DNA from: an uncultured virus (IMG/VR IMGVR_UViG_3300033141_001794)
Taxonomy: Duplodnaviria > Heunggongvirae > Uroviricota > Caudoviricetes
Length of the DNA stretch: 20,000 nucleotides
Strand: one strand, 5' to 3'
IMG/VR virus record: IMGVR_UViG_3300033141_001794
Position numbers and translations under genes: made by a program. Below the pieces are notes generated by a model. It was not told the origin of the DNA and did not search any database. It saw only the letters and a list, made by a program, of their open reading frames with translations. Of the stretch, positions 1-10,229 are shown in pieces; the stretch's first letter is position 1, and the number at the start of each line of letters is the position of its first letter.

Positions 1-3000
1 AACATTTGTTATGAGCGCTGCGGTTATGGAATTGAAGCGCCTTGGCATTGCACAGAAGCCTCTTATTGTAGTTCCTAACCACATGATGAAGCAATTGCCA
101 CGGGAATTTTTAAGCATATACCCAAATGCTAACTTACTGGTATCGACAAAAACAGACCTAAACAAGAAGAACCGTAACCGGTTTATGAGCAAGATCGCAA
201 TGGGTAACTGGGATGGTGTTATCGTTCCTATGAGCAGTTTTGGCCTTCTTCCCATGAGTAAGAAAAGCCAAGCAGATTATATCGCCAGGGAGATAGACGA
301 TCTTGAAATAGCTATTCGACAAATGAAAGAGGAAGAGGGCGGGGGAAGGGATAATAAGCTCATCAAGCAAATAGAGGGTATGCGTAAAAGAATGGCCGAG
401 AAATACCAGGCATTGCTTGATAACCCGAAAGATGATACTGTTACCTTTGAAGAGCTTGGTATTGATTTTATGATGGTAGATGAGGCCCACAACTTTAAAA
501 ACCTTTTCTTTGCAACAAAGCAGGGGCGCATTGCAGGAGTATCAAACACAGCATCCAAAAGAGCAAGTGATCTGTTTATGAAAACCAGGTACTTGAATAA
601 GCTCAGACCCGGGCGAAACCTTGTTTTCTCCACAGGCACACCGATTGATAATACTATTGCAGAGATGTACACTATGCAGCGCTATCTCCAAATGGAATCT
701 TTGGAACAGACAGGCCTAACCCATTTTGACGCATGGACGAGCATGTTTGCAGAGCCTGTTACTGGCTGGGAGCTTTCCCCTGATGGAAAGCGAATGAGGG
801 AACATACCAGAATGAGAAGCTTTGTAAACCTCTTCCAGTTAAACCAGATGTTCAGGGAGGTTGCTGATGTTAAGGTTCAGAAGGATCTGAACTTAAAAGT
901 ACCGAAACAGAAAACCGGTGGACCACAGATAGTTGCAGCAAAAGCTTCTGAACATTTAAAGGTGTATGTTGATTCTATTATAGCGCGTATGGAGAACATG
1001 CCTCCGGATCCCCGCGAGGACAATTTTCTTAAAGCTACGAATGATGGGCGCAAGGCAGCGCTGGATATGAGGCTGATTGATCCGCACCTTCCAGATAACC
1101 CTGACAGCAAGATTAATAAAGCCATTGAAAACATATTTGATATTTGGAAAAAGACCAAAGCTGATAAGTCTACTCAGATTGTATTCTGTGATCTGTCCAC
1201 TCCTTCCAAAGAGAGAAGGAAGCTCAAAGAAGAGCTGGAAGAACGAGTGAAACAGGCAGAGGCAGAAGGACGCGAGCCAGATGTAACACAAGATGAGTGG
1301 CTTTCTCTTCAATCGAACTTCTCGGTATATGACGATGTAAGAGAAAAGCTTATTGAAATGGGTGTTCCCGAGAAAGAAATTGCTTTTATCCATGACTATA
1401 ACTCTGATGAGAAAAAGGCCAGCCTGTTTAAAAAGGTGAACGATGGCGATATCAGGGTGGTAATGGGATCTACTGCGAAAATGGGCGAAGGCACCAATAT
1501 GCAGGAACGGGCTTATGCTCTTCATCATTTGGATGCACCATGGAAACCAGGATCTATTAAGCAGCGCGATGGTCGTATTATCCGACAGGGTAACACCAAT
1601 GAGGAAGTAGAGACTTTCCGGTATGTGACCGAGCAGAGCTTTGATGCTTATTTGTGGCAGATTCTTGAAAACAAGGCACTTATGATAGAACAGGTGCTTA
1701 CCGATCCGACCAAGCAAAGGGTTGATGATGTTAGCATGGTGGCTCTTTCTGCAGCACAGGCAAAGGCAGCGGCAAGCGGGAATCCCCTTCAGATGGAAAA
1801 GGTCAAGGTTGATTCTGATGTGTCGAGACTTCAGGCTATGAAGAAGTATCATGACAGGGACCAATTCAGATATAAACGTGAAGCTAAAGAGCTACCGGAC
1901 CGGATTGCCATTAAAAAGAAGAAGGTTGCTGGTGTTGAAAAGGACCTGAAGAAGAGAACAGACACTCTTAAGGGTGATAAATTCAAAGCCATTATTGATG
2001 AAATAGAATATGATAAGCGTAGTGCTGCGGATTTGGCAATGGAAAAAATTGTCAAGAAGAGGCCTGGTCCCCAAGATGCACTTGGAAACATTGGTGGTTT
2101 TGATTTTACTATGAGATTTGATAAGCTTGACCCTACTTTGTTTGAATTTATTGTTAAAGGTGAAAATGATTACCCGACAGGATTTACAAAGACAGCTGCA
2201 GGAGGGTTGTCGAGAATGGTAAATGTTGTTTCCGGTTTAGAGGACCAGATTAAGACAGAGGAAAAAGGTATATCCAAGCTGGAAAGGGAACTTAATACCG
2301 TTAAAGAACAGGTTGGAAAGCCGTTTGATAAAGAGGAAGAGCTTACAAAGCTCGTTAAGCGCCAGGAGGAAGTCTTTAAGGAAATCCAGAACGAGGGACA
2401 GGAAGACACTGTTGAGGAAATTCTTGATGAAATGGGCGTTACTGACGTTGAAACCAAAGAGCCTGCAGTAGATGATACCGATGTAGGAATTAATGTTGAG
2501 GACTATAACTTCGACAAGAAAACTTACACTACTCCCCAGTGGGAAAAGAAGTATTATGGTAAGTATAAGGGTAATGATTTTGTAACCGATGGCACTCTTT
2601 TTTATCGGGACTACTGGGGCCTTACAGAGGCGTTCAAAGAAAGCGGGGAAGGCACAGAACTAACTCCAGAGAATCTTGAAAAGGCTATTCCGGAGCCTGT
2701 TGATAGAGAAGCGAAGCCTTTAAAGGTATATGCGCTTGATAAGAAGATAGACGCAGTTTTGTTTTATGATGGTGAAGCTTACAGGTCTATCGACAAAAAA
2801 CTATATAATACTATCCGTTTGCAATTCCCAGGCGCTACTTTTAAATTTGGACCAGAAGAACGCTCTCCAATTAGCTTTTATCGCGACGATGTGTTTGAGG
2901 GCGTAGTAATGCCCATACTCCCAAACGAAAACACTCGTGCCGTTATCAAAAACCTTGAATCAGACAAAGGTACCGGAGGCAAACAGCTCTATAGCATGAC

Positions 3001-6000
3001 CGAGAGTGAGGCCCGGGACAAGAAGCCAAAGACTCTTCCTGAAGAAACGGTCACTGATATAGTTAAATCCATGGGATCGCCAGAAGCTACCCGTAACCAG
3101 CTCTTAACCGAAGCTAACGCTAAAGAGGGGGAAAAGTTTTTAACGCGGTGGGAGCGTATCTATCAAGGCGCAAAAGACGCTACAGTATCAATCCGGAAGG
3201 TCCAGAAGATATTTGAAAAGGAATTGGGCGTAAAGGTAACTCCCATCAATGATATTGAATATGCCATTGATAGAGTGCGGGGATCCGGTGGAACTGCTAA
3301 ACAGTTTGTTGCTGATTGGCTCTCTCCTATATTTGAAGAGATAAGGAAATCCACAAAAGAGGTAAGGCTGCACCGAAAGGCTGGGCAAATTGGAAAGATA
3401 TCAAGGAACCTGGAACAATACCTGATAGCCAAGCGCCAGGTGTGGTTGTATGAGAACAAGCCGAAGTATGACGATGTTGGATATACGCAGGAATGGAGCC
3501 AGGGTGTTATCGATGATGTTGAAAGCGGAAAAACTCCGGATGCGGCATTGATACAGGCCAGTGCTAATAAGATATGGAACTATTCTGTTAAGCTGAAGGG
3601 TATTAAAAAATCATTTGGCATTATAGATGAAGAGTTTGAAAAGATGTTGAGAGAGCCTTATTACGTTCCATTCTTCAGGGATGTTGAGAAAAAGGTTGTC
3701 CCGGGGATCCGTGGGGAGAAGTTTACTGCAATGTCGAAGGGCATTAAAAGGATTAAGGGCTCGAAATCAGGCAGGAATATCAGGAATGTCTTTGCTAATC
3801 TTATTACCATTACCAATGAAACTCTGGTAAATGCAGCACGAAACGAGGTTTTTAACGGTATTATTAAAATGTCAGAGGAGTCTACTGAGATAGGCGAACT
3901 TATTAAAAAGCTTCCTCCGCGCTGGAAGGTAGCCGGGACCATAGAGCATAGACATGAAATCGATAAGTTTCTCTCTCCTGAATTGAGTAAGATTATTGAA
4001 GAGCTGGGCGCGAAAGAGGGCGTTAAAATAAAGATGGGGAAATATACCGGCTCTTTTAGCAGCGAGAATAAAGAAGTAATGACCATGTTCGGAGCGACTG
4101 AATCTACCAAAGCGCATGAATTAGGACATTTGATTGATCAGGATGTTATTCGTCTGCAGGATATGGTCCGGAAATATCCCAAAGAAATGGTAGCGGTTGG
4201 ATCCACCAGGTATGAAGGAGGGGAAGCAACCCAGTCTTATATAAGATATGTGCATAAGAACGAAGAGCTTGTTGCAGAATTCGTGTCTATGTACATTACT
4301 GACCGGACCAGGCTTGCAGAACTGGCGCCAGATGCTATAAGAGACTTTGAGGGTAGGATCCAGAAGCATAAGACGCTGAAGAAATTGATAAAGCTTTACC
4401 CGAGCAGGCGCAAAGCAATTGAGAAGATTACAGAAAAGAACTGGATTCTTGATACTTCCATACCCAGTGACGAGGACGTTATAAGCGGTTTTGTTGGTGG
4501 AAAGATGGAGCATTACAGGGTGCCGGCTGAACTTGCAAGTGCAGTTAAGAACCTTCATCCTGAACAGATCCCCATAGCGCTGCGAGTACTGACAATCCCT
4601 ACTTCTATATTAAGAAAGGGCGCGGTCCAGTTTAATGTTGACTTCTTTATTCCCAACTCCCTTAGAGATCAGATCGGTGCAACATTTACAAGAAAGTTTT
4701 ATCCTGTAGTCGATTATCTCGCAGGCCTGAAGCATTACATAGCACAGGACGAGGTATACAAGCAATATCTGAGAATGGGTGGTGCAATGGATTCTCCTGA
4801 ATCCGGTGTTGTACAATTACAGAGAAGCGCAAAGGAGCTGATCTACGGATCCAAGCGCGGTGAATTCTTTGACCCTCATTACTGGAAAGAAACTGGTTTA
4901 ATGCGGAAAACGCTGGATATAACGAGTTATTTTGCAAAGGCACCATTCAGGGCGATTGCTAAACTTGGAGAAGCTTCAGAGCAGGCTACAAGACTCGGTG
5001 TATTTGAGAGAGGGTTGAAAAGCGGGGAAAATGTTATGGCTGCAATTCATTCGGGCAGACAGGCTTCTTTAGAGTTCCAGCGGTTTGGAACACATGGGCG
5101 CGTACCTAATCAGATAGTTCCTTTTATAAATGTTGCGCTCGAGGGAGTGGATCGGGCGATCCGTTCGGCCTATGGGAACCCGAAACGGTTTGCCATGGCA
5201 GCATTTACCTATGGTATTGCCCCGACAATTGCACTTACTATATGGAATACTACTGGTGATGATGAAGACGAATATAAGAATGTCAGTGACAGGGACAAAG
5301 AAAATAATTACATTATAATGAGGCACGATGGTACCGGCCGTTATTGGAAAATACCGAAGTCCCATATAGTCAGAATGATAGCGAACCCTTTTCAATTAGC
5401 GTGGGAACGGTCTATAGGTACTTCAATGGGTAGCTGGCACGATCCGGCAAGTACTGTCTGGAGAGCTGCGAGCCCGATTGATGGACTGGGCGCTATTGTT
5501 CCAACAGGCTTGAAGCTGCTCATTGAACCTATTGCGAATTATGACTTCTATTGGCGACAGACTATTGAATCACACAACATGAGGGCAATAGGACAACCAG
5601 GCTTAAGAGCTGAAAAAGGTACTTCTGAAACTCTGAAGAAGATCGGAAAGGCGCTGAACATATCTCCTATAATGATGCAGCATGAGATTAATACATTGTT
5701 TTCAGGCTTGGGAAGACACACGCTGTTTGCAGTAGACTGGGCGCTGGGAAAGACCGGGATACAGCCAGAGACAGAAATAACAGAAAACCGAATACCGGTC
5801 CTGCGAAGATTCTTAGGGAAAGCAGAGGATTGGAAGGGTGAGGCTTCCCGGGCTGTACGTGATATCAACAAGGCAGTATCAGCAATAGATAGAATGTCTG
5901 TTAAGGGCCTGATGAAGTACAATAAGTACAAACCGGTCGAAGCGTTAAAGGTATATAGAGAAAACAAGGCAATGAAGGTGAAGTTGCTCAGAAGAAAGAT

Positions 6001-6124
6001 TGAACTGTTGAAAGCAACGAGAATTACCCAGGACCTCTATGATGAAATTCTGGCAGAAATACAGAAGGCGCAGGAAAAGAGTGCGAAGGCTGAAGATGTT
6101 GTAATTAAAGCTATGGAGGAGTAA
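1..6124 (+). CDS. Large polyvalent virion-type protein: DarB-like SNF2/SF2 helicase + zincin-like HExxH motif + LPD38-like C-terminal domain (5'-truncated)
   Basis: The frame is open from the window edge (..T-F-V-M, as expected just after a Walker A GKT). It contains VDEAHNFKN (motif II), STGTPIDN (III), MGEGTNMQ (V) and QRDGRIIRQGN (VI), plus AHELGH at 4112-4129 followed by EELVAE. The C-terminal KENNYII..YWKIPK and LLIEPIANYDFY segments resemble LPD38. Confidence 0.85.
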   Translation, partial: TFVMSAAVMELKRLGIAQKPLIVVPNHMMKQLPREFLSIYPNANLLVSTKTDLNKKNRNRFMSKIAMGNWDGVIVPMSSFGLLPMSKKSQADYIAREIDDLEIAIRQMKEEEGGGRDNKLIKQIEGMRKRMAEKYQALLDNPKDDTVTFEELGIDFMMVDEAHNFKNLFFATKQGRIAGVSNTASKRASDLFMKTRYLNKLRPGRNLVFSTGTPIDNTIAEMYTMQRYLQMESLEQTGLTHFDAWTSMFAEPVTGWELSPDGKRMREHTRMRSFVNLFQLNQMFREVADVKVQKDLNLKVPKQKTGGPQIVAAKASEHLKVYVDSIIARMENMPPDPREDNFLKATNDGRKAALDMRLIDPHLPDNPDSKINKAIENIFDIWKKTKADKSTQIVFCDLSTPSKERRKLKEELEERVKQAEAEGREPDVTQDEWLSLQSNFSVYDDVREKLIEMGVPEKEIAFIHDYNSDEKKASLFKKVNDGDIRVVMGSTAKMGEGTNMQERAYALHHLDAPWKPGSIKQRDGRIIRQGNTNEEVETFRYVTEQSFDAYLWQILENKALMIEQVLTDPTKQRVDDVSMVALSAAQAKAAASGNPLQMEKVKVDSDVSRLQAMKKYHDRDQFRYKREAKELPDRIAIKKKKVAGVEKDLKKRTDTLKGDKFKAIIDEIEYDKRSAADLAMEKIVKKRPGPQDALGNIGGFDFTMRFDKLDPTLFEFIVKGENDYPTGFTKTAAGGLSRMVNVVSGLEDQIKTEEKGISKLERELNTVKEQVGKPFDKEEELTKLVKRQEEVFKEIQNEGQEDTVEEILDEMGVTDVETKEPAVDDTDVGINVEDYNFDKKTYTTPQWEKKYYGKYKGNDFVTDGTLFYRDYWGLTEAFKESGEGTELTPENLEKAIPEPVDREAKPLKVYALDKKIDAVLFYDGEAYRSIDKKLYNTIRLQFPGATFKFGPEERSPISFYRDDVFEGVVMPILPNENTRAVIKNLESDKGTGGKQLYSMTESEARDKKPKTLPEETVTDIVKSMGSPEATRNQLLTEANAKEGEKFLTRWERIYQGAKDATVSIRKVQKIFEKELGVKVTPINDIEYAIDRVRGSGGTAKQFVADWLSPIFEEIRKSTKEVRLHRKAGQIGKISRNLEQYLIAKRQVWLYENKPKYDDVGYTQEWSQGVIDDVESGKTPDAALIQASANKIWNYSVKLKGIKKSFGIIDEEFEKMLREPYYVPFFRDVEKKVVPGIRGEKFTAMSKGIKRIKGSKSGRNIRNVFANLITITNETLVNAARNEVFNGIIKMSEESTEIGELIKKLPPRWKVAGTIEHRHEIDKFLSPELSKIIEELGAKEGVKIKMGKYTGSFSSENKEVMTMFGATESTKAHELGHLIDQDVIRLQDMVRKYPKEMVAVGSTRYEGGEATQSYIRYVHKNEELVAEFVSMYITDRTRLAELAPDAIRDFEGRIQKHKTLKKLIKLYPSRRKAIEKITEKNWILDTSIPSDEDVISGFVGGKMEHYRVPAELASAVKNLHPEQIPIALRVLTIPTSILRKGAVQFNVDFFIPNSLRDQIGATFTRKFYPVVDYLAGLKHYIAQDEVYKQYLRMGGAMDSPESGVVQLQRSAKELIYGSKRGEFFDPHYWKETGLMRKTLDITSYFAKAPFRAIAKLGEASEQATRLGVFERGLKSGENVMAAIHSGRQASLEFQRFGTHGRVPNQIVPFINVALEGVDRAIRSAYGNPKRFAMAAFTYGIAPTIALTIWNTTGDDEDEYKNVSDRDKENNYIIMRHDGTGRYWKIPKSHIVRMIANPFQLAWERSIGTSMGSWHDPASTVWRAASPIDGLGAIVPTGLKLLIEPIANYDFYWRQTIESHNMRAIGQPGLRAEKGTSETLKKIGKALNISPIMMQHEINTLFSGLGRHTLFAVDWALGKTGIQPETEITENRIPVLRRFLGKAEDWKGEASRAVRDINKAVSAIDRMSVKGLMKYNKYKPVEALKVYRENKAMKVKLLRRKIELLKATRITQDLYDEILAEIQKAQEKSAKAEDVVIKAMEE

Positions 6125-6126
6125 GC

Positions 6127-6381
6127 GTGAAGAAACCAAAGATTAACTATCAGTTTTTGACTTTAATGTTAAGCATTGTAGGATCCCTGGTATATGGCAC
6201 TATGCGTTTTGCAAAGCTGGAAGAGAGGGAGTTGCAGCACTACGAAAGCCAGTGTGAAAAGAATATAGTTTATATCGAAAGTATTCAAAACCTGACGTGT
6301 GCTGTAAAATGCCTTACTACTACTACAGACAGTCTCAGGTATGAAATTAAGTTTATCAATTTTAGGAATGGATTGGAATAA
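6127..6381 (+). CDS. Small protein with an N-terminal transmembrane helix
   Basis: GGAGG RBS and GTG start; hydrophobic FLTLMLSIVGSLVYG; tightly packed behind the large gene. Confidence 0.7.
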   Translation: MKKPKINYQFLTLMLSIVGSLVYGTMRFAKLEERELQHYESQCEKNIVYIESIQNLTCAVKCLTTTTDSLRYEIKFINFRNGLE

Positions 6382-6623
6382 TGTCAGATGAAATACTCGA
6401 TTTAAAAGACCAGACACCAGAAGCGCAGGCGATAGAGCCTTATACTACTAAATTAATGGATTTATTAGATCAGCGAAAGGTAATGTGGGATAAGCAGCCA
6501 GATTCAGAAGAAAAGAAGAAGTGGTTAATATCCAGGCGAGATCCCATTCTCGATATTGCTGAAACTATAGGCACTTATATATATAACGAATTTCCGGAGA
6601 TCATAGATGGTTTACGTAAATAA
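6381..6623 (+). CDS. Hypothetical protein
   Basis: TAATG stop/start coupling within the operon. Confidence 0.65.
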   Translation: MSDEILDLKDQTPEAQAIEPYTTKLMDLLDQRKVMWDKQPDSEEKKKWLISRRDPILDIAETIGTYIYNEFPEIIDGLRK

Positions 6624-6957
6624 AAATTTTAGCAGGGGCAAGATAAAAAAGATAACTCCGGAAAAGGGTGATCAATTTTACCGGTGTAACTTCTCCCAAT
6701 TGAAAGTAACAGAGATATTTAAGGGAATTAAGAATCTTGATTTCGAGGCCTGTAATCTTATGAATTGTATTCTTCCTGCTGGTACGAAGCCTCCAAAAGA
6801 CTGTTTAATTGTTCGAAAGAGCATGTGCAGTCACATTCATCCTGATGTAAGGCCTCTCTGTCCCGTAAATTGCCAACATGTAATTGATACTTATACTATT
6901 AAAATCGACAATAAGCAGGCTAACAAATCCTATAAATATGAAGACAAGGTGATATAA
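6607..6957 (+). CDS. Cys-rich hypothetical protein with short pentapeptide-like repeats
   Basis: FYRCNFSQ / FEACNLMNC repeats and a CSHIH..CPVNCQH cluster; GGAG RBS; coupled to the next gene. Confidence 0.7.
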   Translation: MVYVNKNFSRGKIKKITPEKGDQFYRCNFSQLKVTEIFKGIKNLDFEACNLMNCILPAGTKPPKDCLIVRKSMCSHIHPDVRPLCPVNCQHVIDTYTIKIDNKQANKSYKYEDKVI

Positions 6958-7964
6958 TGCCCGACAGATATTACAAATCAACCGGAAGTAACACGGCCCC
7001 CTATGATACGTGGGTCAAGGCTGCAACGGCTGCACAGACAATAATTGATCTTGCAGTAGCAGGTGACACAAACCATTATTCGGGTACAATTAATGCAATA
7101 TTAGATGTTGATACGAACTCTGGTGCAATAGGGAGTTGGATAAAACACATAGGACATAATAATGATGCGGCCCCTGTTTTAGATGGTACAAGAGTGTTGG
7201 TTGATGGCGCTGGTGTACGTGCTAATTGTATTGGCGCCTGTGATAAAAATTATCATTGGTGGGAAAATTTTGAGTTTACAAGGGCTACAGGTGATGGTGT
7301 TAATTTAGTTGACGCTCCAGATCCTCAAAACTGGGTATTTAAGAATTGTATTTCTCACACAAACGGTGCTGATGGTTGGGGTGGCGATGGGGGTGCGGGT
7401 ACTATTTATTATATACGATGTAAAGCATATAACAACACAGCAAGAGGTTGGGACAGGGCAACCAAAAACGCCAGAGTAATATTGTGTGCTTGTTATGGTA
7501 ATGGTACGGCAGGGCTTTATGAGGGTAATGGTGGGACACTTGTGCTGAACAGTTTATTTTACGACAACGGAGATGTTGCACAGAATTGTTATATTAATGT
7601 TAATGCTGAAGTGATAAACAATGTGTTTGATGGTACTAACCAAGCAAATTCAACGGGACTGCTAACAAAGCAGGATGGTGGGGTTGTGATGTTTAACAGG
7701 TTTACAAACTGCACCATAGGATTAGATGCTGACTTGGAATTTAAAATAGTGGGGTATAACTATTTCCATGACAACACCGCAGATACGGCAAATGCAGTAA
7801 ACTTAGAATTGTTGTTAAATGATCTTGGATTGGATACTAATGAGTATGATGTTGATGTTGACGATGGGTATAATAATGCCGCTACAGCAGATTATAACTT
7901 AAAAGATTCACGCACTTATAATGGTAATGGTGATGATACTGTTGACCTTGGGGTTGGAGTATAA
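6957..7964 (+). CDS. Right-handed parallel beta-helix (pectate-lyase-like) protein, putative tail spike or virion carbohydrate-binding protein
   Basis: Repeating N/C/G-rich units (NCISHTNGADGW, RCKAYNNTARGW, LCACYGNGTAGL, NSLFYDNG) and a C-terminal DYNLK. Confidence 0.7.
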   Translation: MPDRYYKSTGSNTAPYDTWVKAATAAQTIIDLAVAGDTNHYSGTINAILDVDTNSGAIGSWIKHIGHNNDAAPVLDGTRVLVDGAGVRANCIGACDKNYHWWENFEFTRATGDGVNLVDAPDPQNWVFKNCISHTNGADGWGGDGGAGTIYYIRCKAYNNTARGWDRATKNARVILCACYGNGTAGLYEGNGGTLVLNSLFYDNGDVAQNCYINVNAEVINNVFDGTNQANSTGLLTKQDGGVVMFNRFTNCTIGLDADLEFKIVGYNYFHDNTADTANAVNLELLLNDLGLDTNEYDVDVDDGYNNAATADYNLKDSRTYNGNGDDTVDLGVGV

Positions 7965-8212
7965 TGGCACAGACAGGTTCAGTAAAACGAGTTATTACAT
8001 CGGGAATACCTACAATACTTGAAACGGGTAGTGTAAAGTTTCAGATTTGCGCGGGTATTCCAAGTGCGTGGACAGCCGCAGGACCAGGCCCCGAGCCTCC
8101 AACTCCTCCCAGCGAAACCCTGAGAGTAGTCAAAAGCTCTATATCTACTTCCATAGGCCTCTCTCTTTCTGCTTTTATAATGATGATGATAATCTTAATG
8201 GTGATGGTGTAA
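7964..8212 (+). CDS. Small protein with an internal repeat, Pro-rich linker and hydrophobic C-terminus
   Basis: TGSVK..I..GIP occurs twice; PGPEPPTPP linker; AFIMMMIILMVMV tail; GGAG RBS and TAATG coupling. Confidence 0.6.
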   Translation: MAQTGSVKRVITSGIPTILETGSVKFQICAGIPSAWTAAGPGPEPPTPPSETLRVVKSSISTSIGLSLSAFIMMMIILMVMV

Positions 8213-8213
8213 T

Positions 8214-9845
8214 ATGGCAGCAGATTTAATATGTATTGGCGGTGACAGTATTAGGATGGGTTATGATAATAGGGTGGAGGCTTTAATGCCTGCAACTACT
8301 TTTTTTTATAACCCTGCTAATGATCAAGACATGCTGACGTTGTATGGTCATTTAGACACTTATTTGGCTTATATGCCAACCATTTTTCATCTTAACGCTA
8401 CATATCACGATGCGGTAGGAGGAACTACTGATGGGCAGTATGAAGCTCGATTGAGAGATGTCCTTGATAAGTTACTGTCTGTTTATAGGTTGACAATTGT
8501 TTGGGCGCTTGGAACACCTGTTGATAATCCGGTTGACGATGCAAGGGTTGTTGAATTAAACACAATAGCTACAAATGTTATAAATTCATACGGAAACGAC
8601 AGGATATCTATAAACGATTTGTATCAATTTTCGGTTGATAACGGGTTGGTGCGTCATGATGGCGTCCATTTTATAGCAGCCGATTATCAGCAAATTGCTA
8701 TTGAAGTTCAAGGGGTTTTGACCCCATTATTAAGGAGTGGAAGTATGCCTTTACGATATGGTAATTCAAGGTTTTATAGAACCATCCAGGTTAAACCTGC
8801 TAATGTGTATGTTAATGATACGAATGTGCCAGTGTGTCTTTCTGAAGCTGATACTGTCAATGTGCCTGCTGGAGCATATAGAAATGATGGGGGCGATATT
8901 GTTGTAACTGATGCAAACGGTGATCTTATACCAAGAGAAATTGCAACCTTCAATCAAGGTGCTGCTACTATGCAATTATGGTATCGTGATCCTGTGCAAA
9001 ACGTAGCCACAGGTGGCACAGAACTATATCTTCAGTGGGGCGGCTCTGACGTAAATGAAGCTAATAATCCAGTTACTTGGTTTAATAATTTTGGTGGTGC
9101 TGCTCATTGCCAACCGAGCATTCACTGTGAAGAAACTGCTGCAAATTTAACAGACAGTAGCGAGGTTTATACTGCTGCCGATGCTAATATGGTGTATAAC
9201 CAAGCAGGGCAAATAGATGGTGCAGCAGGTTTTAACGGAACAAATTCCTTAAACTCTTGGGGAGATGTTACTGCTTTAAATGGAGTGGTACGATTTACAC
9301 ATCAATACTGGATAAGAATAGTCGATATAACGGCAGCGGATATTACAGCACGAAAACGGGCAAATAACACCAGAAGATACCTTGTTTATAATACAGGTGG
9401 TTCAATGCGTGTGTATGTATGTAATGGTGCCGCCTCTTATGGGCATTTTGCTTTGGCTGGAAAGATTGCTAATAATACATGGGCGCTTGTTACCATAGTA
9501 TATGATGGTTCACTCGCAGGGGATGCAAACAGGTTGAAAATATATGTAGGCACTACTCAAATGGTGCTTGCTTTTGTCAATGCCATACCCGCAACTGCCG
9601 GGAACATGGCTGCCATTGCCTTTGAAATGGGAGACAATGGAGGCATAAGCTCACTTGATGGACGGATAGATGAGAACAGAATTATAGCCGGCGCACTATC
9701 ATTAAATCAAATAAGAGGCCAATATGACAACCAGAACGAGTTCGGTGCAAACGGGACTGTTAATGTCGGTGAAATAGTGTCGTTTCAGACAAACAGAATA
9801 ATCCAATCTCACATGGGACTGACTCAAAACGCAATGTCTTTGTAA
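8214..9845 (+). CDS. SGNH/GDSL hydrolase + DUF2341-like + LamG/concanavalin-A-like domain protein (putative tail or receptor-binding protein)
   Basis: GDS nucleophile motif (IGGDSI), block III HLNAT.HD and block V DGVH; a middle DIVVTDANG..IPREI..LWYR segment; LamG-like WALVTIVYDG..LKIYV..GRIDE. Confidence 0.75.
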   Translation: MAADLICIGGDSIRMGYDNRVEALMPATTFFYNPANDQDMLTLYGHLDTYLAYMPTIFHLNATYHDAVGGTTDGQYEARLRDVLDKLLSVYRLTIVWALGTPVDNPVDDARVVELNTIATNVINSYGNDRISINDLYQFSVDNGLVRHDGVHFIAADYQQIAIEVQGVLTPLLRSGSMPLRYGNSRFYRTIQVKPANVYVNDTNVPVCLSEADTVNVPAGAYRNDGGDIVVTDANGDLIPREIATFNQGAATMQLWYRDPVQNVATGGTELYLQWGGSDVNEANNPVTWFNNFGGAAHCQPSIHCEETAANLTDSSEVYTAADANMVYNQAGQIDGAAGFNGTNSLNSWGDVTALNGVVRFTHQYWIRIVDITAADITARKRANNTRRYLVYNTGGSMRVYVCNGAASYGHFALAGKIANNTWALVTIVYDGSLAGDANRLKIYVGTTQMVLAFVNAIPATAGNMAAIAFEMGDNGGISSLDGRIDENRIIAGALSLNQIRGQYDNQNEFGANGTVNVGEIVSFQTNRIIQSHMGLTQNAMSL

Positions 9846-9872
9846 ATATATATATTACCTCTTATATAGCTT

Positions 9873-9905
9873 AAAGCTCTTCAGAAACGGAGAGCTTTTT
9901 TATTT
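9873..9905 (+). terminator. Rho-independent terminator ending the structural module
   Basis: AAAGCTCT(TC)-loop-(GG)AGAGCTTT hairpin followed by a T-tract. Confidence 0.8.
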
Positions 9906-9915
9906 GAGATTTAGC

Positions 9916-9944
9916 TTGACTTTCCATTAACATTGTAGTAACTT
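9916..9944 (+). promoter_or_regulatory. Sigma70-like promoter for the early operon
   Basis: TTGACT-17 bp-TAACTT immediately after the terminator. Confidence 0.55.
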
Positions 9945-9988
9945 ATAAGAGAAAGGAATAACTAAACCATTTATCAAAGGATAAACTC

Positions 9989-10156
9989 ATGTTGAAGATT
10001 CCCGAAGACCAAAAGGCAACAAAGCCAATATTGGTTACAAAGATCCAGCATAAGCAGATCTGGAAGCTCGCAAAGAAGAGAAATCAGAAGATTACAGAAC
10101 TTATAGATAGCTGGCTGGGCTACGATGAATTGAAGGAAGAGCTTAATGCGTCTTAA
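9989..10156 (+). CDS. 55-aa putative ribbon-helix-helix (Arc/CopG-like) regulator, absent from the ORF track
   Basis: AAAGGA RBS; MLKIPEDQKATKPILVTKIQHKQIWKLAKKRNQKITELIDSWLGYDELKEELNAS fits a beta-strand/helix/helix pattern; first gene after the promoter. Confidence 0.6.
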   Translation: MLKIPEDQKATKPILVTKIQHKQIWKLAKKRNQKITELIDSWLGYDELKEELNAS

Positions 10157-10229
10157 CCCATCAGAGAACAGAAAGCGTGTCCAGCGCTTATTGAGAGATA
10201 TAAAAAAGGTTCGATCTGATGAAAAACAT

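Noticed and set aside
158..6417. Many minus-strand ORFs, here and elsewhere in the window
   Set aside because: They are antisense shadows of well-supported + strand genes and show no recognisable motifs
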